Shown: piece after piece, positions 7,581 through 16,879 of the stretch
How positions within the stretch are numbered: position 1 is the stretch's first letter
Layout of the letters: the number at the start of each line of letters is the position of its first letter
DNA from: a virus
Taxonomy: Duplodnaviria; Caudoviricetes
DNA: 28,351 nucleotides
Virus record (IMG/VR): IMGVR_UViG_3300032212_000119
Location: 1-28,351 of that record
Reading direction: 5' to 3' (one strand)
The notes under the pieces: model-generated
What the model was told of the DNA's origin: nothing
The model's database searches: none
Seen by the model: the letters and a program-made list of their open reading frames with translations, nothing else
Translations under genes and position numbers: made by a program

Positions 7581-7751
7581 CTATTTGTCTTTTTCTAAGA
7601 CCGAGATTTCACGGTCATCATAAACATAAAAATCTTTTGATTCGCCATTTTGCAGAGTATGGTCTTCGCTTTCTACTTCGCCTTCCATTAGATAAACTTT
7701 TACTTCTTTATCTTCTGAGCAACATGCGGTTACTGTGACTTGTGTTGTCAT
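7581..7751 (-). CDS. Small hypothetical protein (56 aa)
   Basis: MTTQVTVTAC... with AGGA RBS after a terminator. Confidence 0.55.
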   Translation of the reverse strand: MTTQVTVTACCSEDKEVKVYLMEGEVESEDHTLQNGESKDFYVYDDREISVLEKDK

Positions 7752-7770
7752 TTTTTTATTTCCTGATAAA

Positions 7771-7799
7771 AATAAAACCGGCATAAAGCCGGCTTTATT
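7771..7799 (-). terminator. Intrinsic terminator
   Basis: CCGGC-ATAAA-GCCGG stem extended by A/T pairs; T-rich tail on the - strand. Confidence 0.6.
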
Positions 7800-7820
7800 G
7801 AGTTTTACTTTAGCTGGTTA

Positions 7821-8222
7821 TTAGCCAGGCATTGATTGATATGCTTCCCACGCTAAATCGCGCTCCGCTGCGGTCACGTCTTTATCAATTAACTCTTTCA
7901 AGTTGTCGACTTCGGGTTTTCCGCTTTGGGTAAAGTGCTCTTCATTTTCTGGGTCTAGCAGAGAGATAGCTTCGACGTATTGCGTTAAGCGTTCTTCGGA
8001 TAACGCTGAATCGGGTTGTTTTTTGCTTACGTCTTCAGCAACCTTCTGCTTTTGCATTTTTCCGCAGCCCGACTTGATAATGCGCTCAACATCTTTTGTG
8101 CTAAGTTGCTTATCTTTTGTTAAGTCGATTTCTTCACCTGCGTTAATTTCGACGCGTTCAACGCCATCTTTAACTTTAATGCCGAGCACAACAGTGCCAG
8201 TAATTTCTAAAATATTTGACAT
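7821..8222 (-). CDS. Protein in the gpFI (packaging chaperone) position
   Basis: Follows the capsid gene; C-terminal LLDPENEEHFTQSGKPEV...VTAAERDLAW motif; GGAGA RBS. Confidence 0.6.
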   Translation of the reverse strand: MSNILEITGTVVLGIKVKDGVERVEINAGEEIDLTKDKQLSTKDVERIIKSGCGKMQKQKVAEDVSKKQPDSALSEERLTQYVEAISLLDPENEEHFTQSGKPEVDNLKELIDKDVTAAERDLAWEAYQSMPG

Positions 8223-8233
8223 GATTTTCTCCA

Positions 8234-8264
8234 AATAAAGACGGCTAATTAAGCCGTCTTTATT
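8234..8264. terminator. Terminator after major capsid gene
   Basis: AATAAAGACGGCT-AATTA-AGCCGTCTTTATT, a 13-bp inverted repeat. Confidence 0.75.
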
Positions 8265-8275
8265 ATTTAGGCTGG

Positions 8276-9301
8276 TTACTTAGTGGTGACAGTAACAATT
8301 GCATTCGGACGCTTTGGAATCATTAATGGCGCTGATTGCGACATAACATATTCAACCGCCGGATCTTTTTGCACCCAGTTTTTAGGGAAAAAATCCAAGG
8401 CTTGATAACCTGCTTCGCCATCAAGAATCGCACCATGAGCGCGAACACCTTGAACTGCTGCTGAACCTGCAATTACTGTATTGTCTGGCATATAGTTCTG
8501 TTTTACACCAGTTTCATCTTTGTAATAACCGCTGTAAACCCAGCACTCAATATCTGCACCTAACATGCCTTTATATGAGTAATCACGTTCCCCATTATCT
8601 GGACCTAATTCAAGCTGGCTTTGTGAACCACGACGTGTATCCATCAAGTCTTTCACTTCTTGGAAACGGATAAAATCAGCCCACGATAAACGGTCAAACA
8701 CTAATTTGGTGATTGGCCCTTCACACAGGACACCCCAGGCATCAACATCTTCAAGCGGTGTCGCGGTTGCAAGGTTTGCTTTGTCCCACGTTAATGCGCC
8801 CGCAAGGGTAATTGCGTTACCTGCATCACGCTTAAAGTCAACTTCAACTTTAGGGTAGTCTTCACCTTCAACAGTCACCTTACCTGTTAACAATGCTTGT
8901 GCTGCCATCCATTCTTTACGACGCATGATTTTCTTTTGATGCTCTAAAAGAAGATCCGTAATAATTGCGTTACGCTTTTGGTCTGGGCTCATTGTGCCGC
9001 CACCGATGGGTTCACCTGCTTTGCGTTTAATGACGCGCTCAGGATCAACCACATTTTTTGGTTTAACGTAAGCCGGTTTAAACGAGCGAAGTTCGCCGCC
9101 ATTTGCTTTGTCTGCTTTACCCGCCACCATAGGTGATACAAATGGTGCAAGCTGCATATCTTCATCGATAACATCGAATTCAATTTTGCTCGTTGCGAAG
9201 TTCACCATTTCCGGAAAAAACATATTTAATAAAAAAGGCTCGAAGGTATCGAGCGTGTTTACTACTTCTAGCATTGTGCTAGTGTCGTATTGATTTGGCA
9301 C
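8276..9301 (-). CDS. Major capsid protein (lambda gpE family)
   Basis: LAPFVSPMVAG, FKPAYVKPK, RRKEWMAAQAL, MSQSAPLM motifs; GTG start with GGAG RBS. Confidence 0.95.
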   Translation of the reverse strand: MPNQYDTSTMLEVVNTLDTFEPFLLNMFFPEMVNFATSKIEFDVIDEDMQLAPFVSPMVAGKADKANGGELRSFKPAYVKPKNVVDPERVIKRKAGEPIGGGTMSPDQKRNAIITDLLLEHQKKIMRRKEWMAAQALLTGKVTVEGEDYPKVEVDFKRDAGNAITLAGALTWDKANLATATPLEDVDAWGVLCEGPITKLVFDRLSWADFIRFQEVKDLMDTRRGSQSQLELGPDNGERDYSYKGMLGADIECWVYSGYYKDETGVKQNYMPDNTVIAGSAAVQGVRAHGAILDGEAGYQALDFFPKNWVQKDPAVEYVMSQSAPLMIPKRPNAIVTVTTK

Positions 9302-9331
9302 GGTAAATTACTCCTGTGTAATTTTAATTAG

Positions 9332-9967
9332 TTAGCGAAGAACGATAGGCGAACCATCGAAATGCTGAAGCTGTTCAGCTGCAGTAAACGAGGCGTCCCA
9401 GGTTAGTTCGTTGTTGTGGAAGCAGCCCGCAACATAACGCTGACACGCTTTATCTGCTAGGCTCGCGTCGATGTCGTGCACAAGAATGCTGTTTGGTTTG
9501 TTTGAGCCATCAACGGCCGTCTTAATGGCGGCTGTAAGCTTGTTAGAACCAGCATCGATAGCAATAGTAAAGCTGTCGCCTAATGCAAAATCCGTTGCGC
9601 CATCATTAATGGTGAAGTTAATTTGTTCGTTGGCATACGCCGAGCCGACACTTGCATCAGGCAAAGCATCACCGTCCGGGGCGGTAACTGAAAACGTACC
9701 GCCATTTGCGGCTATAGCTGTACAAGTTAACGTATAGGTGCCGTTTAATGCGTTTTCACCCATCGCAGCACCTGTGACGGTACCGTTACCTGTGTTTGAA
9801 CCATTAGCCGTAGTTGCGCCAAGTGTACGTGTTATTTTGCCAAGTACCGCCCCACGCACTAAGTTTTGCCCTGTAATAAGCGTGCCAACACCTGTTGCAA
9901 TCTGTGGTGTATCATTAGCAATTAAGTTGTCTTCGGTATTTACTACCGATTCGCTACTTGCGATCAT
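9332..9967 (-). CDS. Head decoration protein (gpD-like) with internal insertion domain
   Basis: GQNLVRGAVLGKIT...DGSNKPNSIL...YVAGCF core; directly upstream of the capsid gene. Confidence 0.85.
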   Translation of the reverse strand: MIASSESVVNTEDNLIANDTPQIATGVGTLITGQNLVRGAVLGKITRTLGATTANGSNTGNGTVTGAAMGENALNGTYTLTCTAIAANGGTFSVTAPDGDALPDASVGSAYANEQINFTINDGATDFALGDSFTIAIDAGSNKLTAAIKTAVDGSNKPNSILVHDIDASLADKACQRYVAGCFHNNELTWDASFTAAEQLQHFDGSPIVLR

Positions 9968-9997
9968 GATTGTTTCTCCTAAAATTTAGATAAAGAC

Positions 9998-10390
9998 TTA
10001 AGCTATGCCCTTGGCAAGCTTATGGTCGTTAATGATTTGCTCTGATGCTGACATCGCACCATCACCCGCTGCTTCTGCACCCACTTCTGGTTGCTCGGTT
10101 TTTTCCATTGCTACATCAAGCTTTGAAACTTTTGTACCGAGAATGGCTTGCGGCATTTTTGCGAGCATGTTGTTTGCTGCTTCAACGGACATGTCCGTGT
10201 CAGTCGCTAACGCTAATGCACTTGATGCGCGACCCTCTGCGTTTTCGCAAGTCATAATGCCTAACATACGTAAACGTTCTTCTGTACGTGCCTCAGCAAC
10301 AGCCGCTTCAATCGTTACGGGTTCGTCGCTTTTGGCTTGCACGGCTTCAGTTGTTGCTTGCGCTTCAACTTTTTCGGCGTTATCTGCCAT
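9998..10390 (-). CDS. Nested scaffolding protein (gpNu3-like)
   Basis: In-frame ATG at 10390 preceded by GAGGA; 130-aa Ala/Glu-rich product, as in lambda C/Nu3. Confidence 0.7.
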   Translation of the reverse strand: MADNAEKVEAQATTEAVQAKSDEPVTIEAAVAEARTEERLRMLGIMTCENAEGRASSALALATDTDMSVEAANNMLAKMPQAILGTKVSKLDVAMEKTEQPEVGAEAAGDGAMSASEQIINDHKLAKGIA

Positions 10391-11275
10391 GGTGATTTCC
10401 TCTTTATTAGAGTTAAGTGAAAGGTGCGAACCCGCACCACGGTTTTCTGCTGCTAAGCGAGAAATAAGTTTGTCAGGCGTGCTTACGCCATCAGCAAGAC
10501 CGGCACCGATTGCTTCCTGACCTAAATAAGTTTGTGCTTGAGTATCACGCACGTCCTCTGCTTTCATGTTGCGATTACGTGCGACTGTTTCAACAAACAG
10601 TTCATAAACTGCATCTATGCTTTGCTGAAAGCTCTCGCGCACTTCTTTAGATAATGACTCGAATGGATTGCCGTCAACCTTATGGTTACCAGCAAAAATA
10701 TAGGTAACATCAACACCAATTGTTTTCATTTGGTTTGAAAAATTAGCGTGTCTCATGACTACACCAATCGAACCAACGTTACTTGTGCGTGAAACATAAA
10801 TTTCATCGCACGCTGATCCGATCGCGTATGCCGCTGATGCCATGGTGTCGCTGGCCATTGCAATAATGGGTTTCGTACCGCGCGCTTCGTAAATTTTATC
10901 GGTCAAATCAAAACAACCGGAGACTGAACCACCTGGGCTATCTATATTTAATAAAACTGCATTAACGTTTGTGTCATTAATTGCTGACTCGAACTGACGT
11001 GCCACATCTTGATAACCGAGAATGTAAGAACTGTCTGCTTCAATACCGCCACGATGCGCTAATGCGCCAAACACATCTAAAACACCGACTCCATCAACAA
11101 CGCGGTAGCCACCTTCTTTGCGTTCACCAGACTGCGTTGTAAATAAACCGGGTGAAGGCTTGTTAACCTGAATATCAAAACGATCTTGTAAGCCGTAAAC
11201 AATCGCATCCAGTTTGCTAGGATGAATCAACAATGGCGTGTTAAAAATTTCTTGTGCGATTAAAGGGTTTCGCAT
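9998..11275 (-). CDS. Prohead protease, S49 family (gpC-like), fused to scaffold
   Basis: IDSPGG, ASAAYAIGS, GSIGV, AGNHKVDGNP motifs; ATG 11275 with GGAGA RBS. Confidence 0.93.
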   Translation of the reverse strand: MRNPLIAQEIFNTPLLIHPSKLDAIVYGLQDRFDIQVNKPSPGLFTTQSGERKEGGYRVVDGVGVLDVFGALAHRGGIEADSSYILGYQDVARQFESAINDTNVNAVLLNIDSPGGSVSGCFDLTDKIYEARGTKPIIAMASDTMASAAYAIGSACDEIYVSRTSNVGSIGVVMRHANFSNQMKTIGVDVTYIFAGNHKVDGNPFESLSKEVRESFQQSIDAVYELFVETVARNRNMKAEDVRDTQAQTYLGQEAIGAGLADGVSTPDKLISRLAAENRGAGSHLSLNSNKEEITMADNAEKVEAQATTEAVQAKSDEPVTIEAAVAEARTEERLRMLGIMTCENAEGRASSALALATDTDMSVEAANNMLAKMPQAILGTKVSKLDVAMEKTEQPEVGAEAAGDGAMSASEQIINDHKLAKGIA

Positions 11276-11293
11276 TTTGTTTCTCCAATAACA

Positions 11294-11321
11294 AAGGGGC
11301 TGCAAAACTGCAGCCCCTTTC
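11294..11321. terminator. Hairpin/terminator upstream of protease gene
   Basis: AAAGGGGCTGCA-AAAC-TGCAGCCCCTTT, a 12-bp inverted repeat. Confidence 0.6.
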
Positions 11322-11361
11322 ATCTGTGCGCCTATGCGCGTCTCTTTACGGGTTTTATTCT

Positions 11362-11559
11362 TTATTTTTTAGTTTTATCTGAATCAAAGGCACCATTTAA
11401 CCAAGGTCGCTTAAATAAAATCTGCAACGCAATTTTCAAACGCTGACGAAAACCAAACTTTAAAATTAAACTTTGCATGCTGATCGCAACGTCTTTTAAA
11501 TCGATATTCACTTGCTTGCGAACGGCCTTGCGTATTTTTTTGTTTTCTTTGCCGCTCAT
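11362..11559 (-). CDS. Small basic hypothetical protein (65 aa)
   Basis: MSGKENKKIRK...; ATGA overlap with the upstream 52-aa ORF. Confidence 0.6.
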   Translation of the reverse strand: MSGKENKKIRKAVRKQVNIDLKDVAISMQSLILKFGFRQRLKIALQILFKRPWLNGAFDSDKTKK

Positions 11560-11714
11560 ATACCAACCTTGCAATAATTAAAGCTACTTATATAGTCCTT
11601 GTAAAGATTTACAGCAGGTACACCCGCCGCTAAACCTAGCGAACGAAAAACAGCTTTTGTAAACTTTCTTTTAGATATAATTTTTATTGATTTTTTATTT
11701 TGTTTTAGTTTCAC
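11556..11714 (-). CDS. 52-aa basic protein coupled to portal gene
   Basis: GTG overlaps the portal stop (GTGA) and its TGA overlaps the next ATG (ATGA); GGGGG RBS; not in the ORF track. Confidence 0.55.
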   Translation of the reverse strand: MKLKQNKKSIKIISKRKFTKAVFRSLGLAAGVPAVNLYKDYISSFNYCKVGI

Positions 11715-13285
11715 GCTACGCCCCCTTGTTCCGTTGCAAACTCTGAAGACATGTAACCCCGTACATCACCGCGCGTAATACCCAAAGAATCCATGCGTTT
11801 CTTTTCAACCGCAATCTGTTCTAAGTTTTCTTCCCAATCCTTACCTCGCGAAGCACATGCATCTTCAAACGTGGTTGTTCCCATATCCATTTCAAGCTCA
11901 TCGGCTTTTGCTTCTTTCAATGGGTCAATTTGTCCTTTGCCGGGGCCTATCCAGTTGCATTTAGTGTATGCCGCTTTAGCTTCGTAAAAATCTGGTGCAT
12001 TTGGCGGTAATTCAATTTCACCTTTATCAATCGCCTCTTCTAGCCATAACGTAAATACGGCTGATGCAAAGCGACCGCCGATTAAGTGGCGGCGTGAAGT
12101 AAAGAACTTCCAAGACTCTTGTAAGCCTGCACGCGCACCAGAGTAATTTGTTTTACTGTAATCGCGCGAGAGCTGTTCGTAAGTTAAGTTATAACCTGCT
12201 GCTAAGTTGCGTAAAAATGAAGCTTCAAAATCTGCAAAGTTGGGGCCCGGGTGATTCATTGATGAAAAGTTTAATTTCTCACCGGGATACAAATGAGGGA
12301 TTTTAACGCCGTCCATTTTAACGCTTCCATTTTCATGGAAGTCAGCCTGACCATTCATAAAACTAGCGAGCGGTTTATCACTACCCATTGCTTCACCAAT
12401 CTCAGCAAAACTCATTTCAGTTTCTATTGTAGCGGCATACATCGAATTTATAGTTGCGGCTTCCATGCTGATATCTTGAAGGTTTCCCAGTTTAAAACTG
12501 TTTGCTATGACAGACGCTAAGCCTGTTTTGCCGCGGCTTTGGCCTGCACGTTCCTGGTCAAAGATATGAATAAACTGTTGACGACCCCACTTTGTTTCAC
12601 GCGGGATACGTTTCCAAGAATATGTTTTTGCGCTACCAAAACGAATATCGCTTTGCATAGCTGAACGAATTTGATAAGCACTTGCTGCCCCCATAGCATC
12701 AAGCACAACACCGCCACGCAATTGATCGGTATCCATCAAACCTTGCGGGTTAGATAACCTTGCAGGCTCAATCATTTGTATTGCAGTTGCATACTTGGAG
12801 CCGCGATTAGGTAGCCACTCGGCACTTGCGGTAATATCACCCGCAGTTAAAAACATGCGATAAGCTAAACCAAGCATTCCACCAAATGTTAAACGACGAC
12901 CTGCATCAATAAAGCATTCCGGATCTTCTGCAAACGTTCTAAATTTAGCTTCGACACCCCGCGACCATTCTGCCGCCCACTCAGAATCTAAACCAAGCGC
13001 ACGATAATCTGGCTTTGAAGATAAACGTAAGCCTGAGCCAATAATATTATCAAGGTGAATTTGTAGACCACCTGACACCATTGAATTGTTGCGCGACAAA
13101 TCATAAGCGCGCGCCATCATGGTTTTAATGTCAGGCAATAAGTCCGCATCTGCTGAACGCAACGCAGGAGACCAGCTCATCATGTCGCGGTCATAACGTG
13201 CCCCCCGGTGTGCGCCACTACTGGCACTCATAAGCGGACGGCCAGATTGATCAACAATTACTGGTGTAGTGTTAGTTTGATGCAC
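11711..13285 (-). CDS. Portal protein (lambda gpB family)
   Basis: ARAYDLSRNN, GQSRG, LSRDYSKTNYSGARAG, IDPLKEAKA motifs. Confidence 0.95.
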   Translation of the reverse strand: MHQTNTTPVIVDQSGRPLMSASSGAHRGARYDRDMMSWSPALRSADADLLPDIKTMMARAYDLSRNNSMVSGGLQIHLDNIIGSGLRLSSKPDYRALGLDSEWAAEWSRGVEAKFRTFAEDPECFIDAGRRLTFGGMLGLAYRMFLTAGDITASAEWLPNRGSKYATAIQMIEPARLSNPQGLMDTDQLRGGVVLDAMGAASAYQIRSAMQSDIRFGSAKTYSWKRIPRETKWGRQQFIHIFDQERAGQSRGKTGLASVIANSFKLGNLQDISMEAATINSMYAATIETEMSFAEIGEAMGSDKPLASFMNGQADFHENGSVKMDGVKIPHLYPGEKLNFSSMNHPGPNFADFEASFLRNLAAGYNLTYEQLSRDYSKTNYSGARAGLQESWKFFTSRRHLIGGRFASAVFTLWLEEAIDKGEIELPPNAPDFYEAKAAYTKCNWIGPGKGQIDPLKEAKADELEMDMGTTTFEDACASRGKDWEENLEQIAVEKKRMDSLGITRGDVRGYMSSEFATEQGGVA

Positions 13286-13288
13286 TGA

Positions 13289-13519
13289 TTAACCTCGAAA
13301 CTGAATCGCGCCACGGCGACCTTTGCTGTGACCATCACTATTTAATACGCCGCATTCATTTTCTAACTCAAGCACATAACGGCGTAATTCAGCTATGTTA
13401 GTTTGTGTGTATTGCGTTGTTCTACCGTTAACGGTAACACTAGCAACTTGCTCGCCAGTTACTAAAGCATGTAAGGCTGTTTTCGCTTCTGCAAGTTTTG
13501 TTTCGCAAGTTGCCATCAT
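13289..13519 (-). CDS. Head completion protein (gpW family)
   Basis: ALHALVTGEQVASV...YTQTNIAELRRYV; lies between terminase and portal. Confidence 0.9.
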   Translation of the reverse strand: MMATCETKLAEAKTALHALVTGEQVASVTVNGRTTQYTQTNIAELRRYVLELENECGVLNSDGHSKGRRGAIQFRG

Positions 13520-15598
13520 TTATCCGTTAAGTCTTTGAGCTAAGCTTTTAGTGTCGTTAGATTCTTCTGTTAAATTTTCTTCGGTGCTTACATTTGAAAA
13601 TATATCCTGCTGAGATAATCTAATTAACAAATCATCCCACTGTTTATCAGACATTACATGTATTTTAAGTGCGCGCGCCGCATGTGTTGCGTAAACTTCA
13701 CAATCCCAAAATTCAACCGCTTGGCCTGATTTTTTTTGCCATATTCTTTTGCCGTTGCGGCCCGGTGCTTTTACTTCACCCAACATTTGTTTGAAGTAAT
13801 CATCACGAACGCCTTCATACCAGTGCATTCGACCTGCACCGCTATTGCCTTCAAGCGACATTTTTGACGCAATTAAATCTTTTGCTTTATGTGTCCCAAC
13901 GGGATAAATCAACAAACCATATTTTGCAGCTTTAGTATTATTCTTACCTTTTGTTTCAATTGCTTTCGGCTTACTAAATATTTCTTTGCTGCCATAATCG
14001 TTTGACGAACCTTTAACGGCCATCAACGTCATGCCTTTATATTTCCGCAGCTTAACAAAGTGATACGCTGCGTCTGAGGTTGTTCCGTCAGAGGTATCTA
14101 AACTCGCCGCTTCAATCTTTAGACTAAAACCTTGCTCATGTTTTATCGGGCTATATAAGATCTTATCTAGCTCTTTCCATACTGGATCAGACTTATCAAC
14201 AACAACGCCGTAAATTTCACCAGCATAAACAAGCCAGCTTTCTTCACTTTTGCCCCACGCTTTTATTTTTATTGCGATACGATCATGCTGTAAATCAACG
14301 CCGGCCGTTAAACGGTAGCCGCCAATTGGCACCACCATTTCCTGGTAGTCTTCACAGCGCTCACGAAGCACATCTTCATCAGGCGCGTCCGATTTATATT
14401 CGTATGGCTTGCCTTCTTTCTGATTAACAAACTTTATGATTTTTGAGTCGTCACCTCTGTTTGATAAATGTTGCGCTTCTAAATATTCAAGAACAACATC
14501 AGAAAGCGATGTGCCGGGGATACAGGCATACACTTCGCCCAAATCCTTAAACCCTGCTTTACCATAAAATTCTTTTGTTGCTACCCAGCCACAATTCTTG
14601 TCGCCGTCTTCAATGGCTTTATAAACTGTGTTACGAATATTTTCATGCCGCTGGTAATCATCCCATTCGCTTTGACAATTAGGGCAAACATATCTTGCTG
14701 TTTCTGGTTTGCTGTAGCCATAAATATCATGCTTAACATCTAGGATTTCCCCAGTGCTTTCATCAACATCGTTTGGTTGACTTTGATCTTTACCATCCCA
14801 ATAAACATGGGAAAAATCTAAAACATGTTTTTCGCCGCAATCATGACAAGCAATCGGCAATACCCTTGCGTCCGACGCTTCAACACGAGACTCAGTTTTT
14901 GATAAGCCTTTAACAGCAGGCGTGCCGCCAACGATAATAAGTGAACCCATATAACGTTTAAGGCGCTCTTCAAGGTTGCTTATTGAGTCACCTTGACCTT
15001 TAACGTCATCGCTAGTGTCGTCAGGCTCCTCAACAACACCCAGCCCAACGCTCGCCGATGACTTAACGTTGCCAGGAGAATTGGATCCAACCAACTTAAG
15101 CCAGCCGTTATTAAAAGATTTGAAATCCCAACGATTACCCGCTTTGCGCGAAGCACTAAAATCAATTAAACCATTAAGCCATTCTTGATTAGCTTGCCCT
15201 GCTTCAACCAGCTTTTCATCATGAAAAGACTTACCATCTTTTTCTTTTGCAAACAACGTCATTATTGGCAGCTGTCTGCCAACCGATGCATCTTTAATTC
15301 TTTTTAAAATGTAGCCTATTAAAAAATAGGTCCATCCAATTTGAGACGCTTTCATTAAGTCAATTTCACGGACATCAGGATCGTCCATTGCTGCAGCAAC
15401 ACCTAAAAAATAAGGCGCATGATAAAATTGATATGTACCGCTTATATCACCACTAATTGTTGGCAACTTATAATGTTCTTCTAGTGCCTCAGCCGTTGCT
15501 TGTACTTTCGGGCGGCGGAATATCGTCGATACCCTCAACAAGACCTGCGCCAAGTTTTTCTGCATGGCATCTAATTCGTTCTGTTGTAGGGGTAACAA
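13520..15598 (-). CDS. Terminase large subunit (lambda gpA family)
   Basis: KASQIGWT Walker A-like, VVEEPD Walker B-like, CHDC/CPNC Zn motifs, AGVDLQ nuclease motif, WDCEVYA; exact start uncertain. Confidence 0.95.
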   Translation of the reverse strand: MLPLQQNELDAMQKNLAQVLLRVSTIFRRPKVQATAEALEEHYKLPTISGDISGTYQFYHAPYFLGVAAAMDDPDVREIDLMKASQIGWTYFLIGYILKRIKDASVGRQLPIMTLFAKEKDGKSFHDEKLVEAGQANQEWLNGLIDFSASRKAGNRWDFKSFNNGWLKLVGSNSPGNVKSSASVGLGVVEEPDDTSDDVKGQGDSISNLEERLKRYMGSLIIVGGTPAVKGLSKTESRVEASDARVLPIACHDCGEKHVLDFSHVYWDGKDQSQPNDVDESTGEILDVKHDIYGYSKPETARYVCPNCQSEWDDYQRHENIRNTVYKAIEDGDKNCGWVATKEFYGKAGFKDLGEVYACIPGTSLSDVVLEYLEAQHLSNRGDDSKIIKFVNQKEGKPYEYKSDAPDEDVLRERCEDYQEMVVPIGGYRLTAGVDLQHDRIAIKIKAWGKSEESWLVYAGEIYGVVVDKSDPVWKELDKILYSPIKHEQGFSLKIEAASLDTSDGTTSDAAYHFVKLRKYKGMTLMAVKGSSNDYGSKEIFSKPKAIETKGKNNTKAAKYGLLIYPVGTHKAKDLIASKMSLEGNSGAGRMHWYEGVRDDYFKQMLGEVKAPGRNGKRIWQKKSGQAVEFWDCEVYATHAARALKIHVMSDKQWDDLLIRLSQQDIFSNVSTEENLTEESNDTKSLAQRLNG

Positions 15599-16001
15599 TG
15601 TTTTCTACCATCTCGTTATCAATCTTAATGTTGTACCTGTTTTGAATTTCAGATATTAATTTATGTGTACCTTGCGTGTAATCAGTATTCGCTTGACGCG
15701 CCCACAATGAAATAACGCTCGCCGCTTCTTCTGTTGTAATCAAAACACCAAGATCACGATAATACTCAATTCGCATCTTTGCAGTTTTAATTTGCGACTC
15801 TTCTGTTTTTGCAGTAGTTAAGTTTTTCTGATCGTCACCACCACGACCTGCCGCCTGTTCTCGCAAGTGGCGAATGTATTTAATTGTGATTTCTTTAATT
15901 GAAAGCTTAGTGTGGTCAACAACTTTTATTTTTTTTAATACATCACGCAAATTGCGAACGGACATATCTAGCGCGCTTGCTATTGTGTCTTGTGTTGCCA
16001 T
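15489..16001 (-). CDS. Terminase small subunit (gpNu1-like)
   Basis: N-terminal winged HTH (ATQDTIASALDMSVRNLR), YIRHLREQAAGR; overlaps the large subunit start. Confidence 0.88.
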   Translation of the reverse strand: MATQDTIASALDMSVRNLRDVLKKIKVVDHTKLSIKEITIKYIRHLREQAAGRGGDDQKNLTTAKTEESQIKTAKMRIEYYRDLGVLITTEEAASVISLWARQANTDYTQGTHKLISEIQNRYNIKIDNEMVENIVTPTTERIRCHAEKLGAGLVEGIDDIPPPESTSNG

Positions 16002-16142
16002 TGCTGCCTTTTTTAGTTTTGCAAAAATATTAAATCTGTTTTGACTTTTACAGCGAAAATCACAAAGAACAAAACTCCACCCCGTCTAAAACCTAAGCCC
16101 AGCCTAGAGAAGAGGAACCCCCTATAGCATCACAAATCTGCA

Positions 16143-16194
16143 AAAAAACCGCGAGTATTTGCCTCGTAGTGTAAAAAATGCGGCTGTAGTACCT
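16143..16194 (-). other. cos packaging site (cosQ-like plus cosN-like)
   Basis: AGGTACT-23 nt ending TACG-AGGCAAATACT-CGCGGTTTT, collinear with lambda GGGTCCT-23 nt ending TACG-GGGCGGCGACCT-CGCGGGTTTT; about 150 bp upstream of the small terminase. Confidence 0.75.
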
Positions 16195-16225
16195 TTTAAC
16201 CTAGTATTGCCGTAGAAGTGTGGCG

Positions 16226-16876
16226 CTAATTGAGGCATGATACTCTTCGTTGCTCGTTTCTATGTTTACCCCTACATTCAGGAGAGCAGTACGTTTGATG
16301 CTTCATATTTCTAATGAATGAGGTGCCGCACCTAACACAGTATTCAATGCTTTTAATTTTCCGCTTATCTTTATTTTTCTTATCGTAACGACAAGCATCA
16401 GAACAATGCTTTTGCCGGCTATCTCTATGTGAATAATCTTTACCGCAATTAATACAATTAGAGAACTTTACTTGGCATGTGTGGGGATAGCATAAATACA
16501 TCTTCCCTCTTTTATTGCATAACCCCTGCTCTCTGTATAGCTTTAACCTTTCTCCAGGAGGGTTGTCACTATTCATTACGTTGACTGAGCGAGAGCATAG
16601 CCTTAAGTTGCTGCGCCTGTTATCTAACGAATCTCTGTTTATATGATCTATATCATGAACTCCATCGTAAGGTATACCAAGAACTACTCGATGCATTCGG
16701 ATGTCTTTCGTTACACCATCCGTCATCTTTGTCCTTACGGCATACACATTTGTTTTGCTTCCGTTCGGTTTAGCTTTCCATTTATACTGGTTTAGTTCCT
16801 CAAACAAAGCATCATCAACAATGGTTACAGTATAGGCGCCAACAGCGTGCTTACCTCTGAGATTTATAATTGCCAT
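16226..16876 (-). CDS. HNH endonuclease with two C-terminal Zn-finger repeats
   Basis: MHRVVLG...IDHINRDSLDNRRSNLR; two CxxCG...CSxxCR repeats. Confidence 0.85.
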   Translation of the reverse strand: MAIINLRGKHAVGAYTVTIVDDALFEELNQYKWKAKPNGSKTNVYAVRTKMTDGVTKDIRMHRVVLGIPYDGVHDIDHINRDSLDNRRSNLRLCSRSVNVMNSDNPPGERLKLYREQGLCNKRGKMYLCYPHTCQVKFSNCINCGKDYSHRDSRQKHCSDACRYDKKNKDKRKIKSIEYCVRCGTSFIRNMKHQTYCSPECRGKHRNEQRRVSCLN

Positions 16877-16879
16877 ATT

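Noticed and set aside
5309-12717. Many short opposite-strand or out-of-frame ORFs over structural genes (e.g. 5309..5581, 7903..8238, 10005..10520)
   Set aside because: Shadows of well-supported genes, lacking RBS or motifs.
11608-16100. Loose similarity between TTTACAGC...CACCCGCCGCTAAACCTAGC (about 11608-11640) and TTTACAGC...CACCCCGTCTAAAACCTAAGC (about 16047-16098)
   Set aside because: Short, gapped and differently spaced; the first lies in a probable ORF; no functional support.
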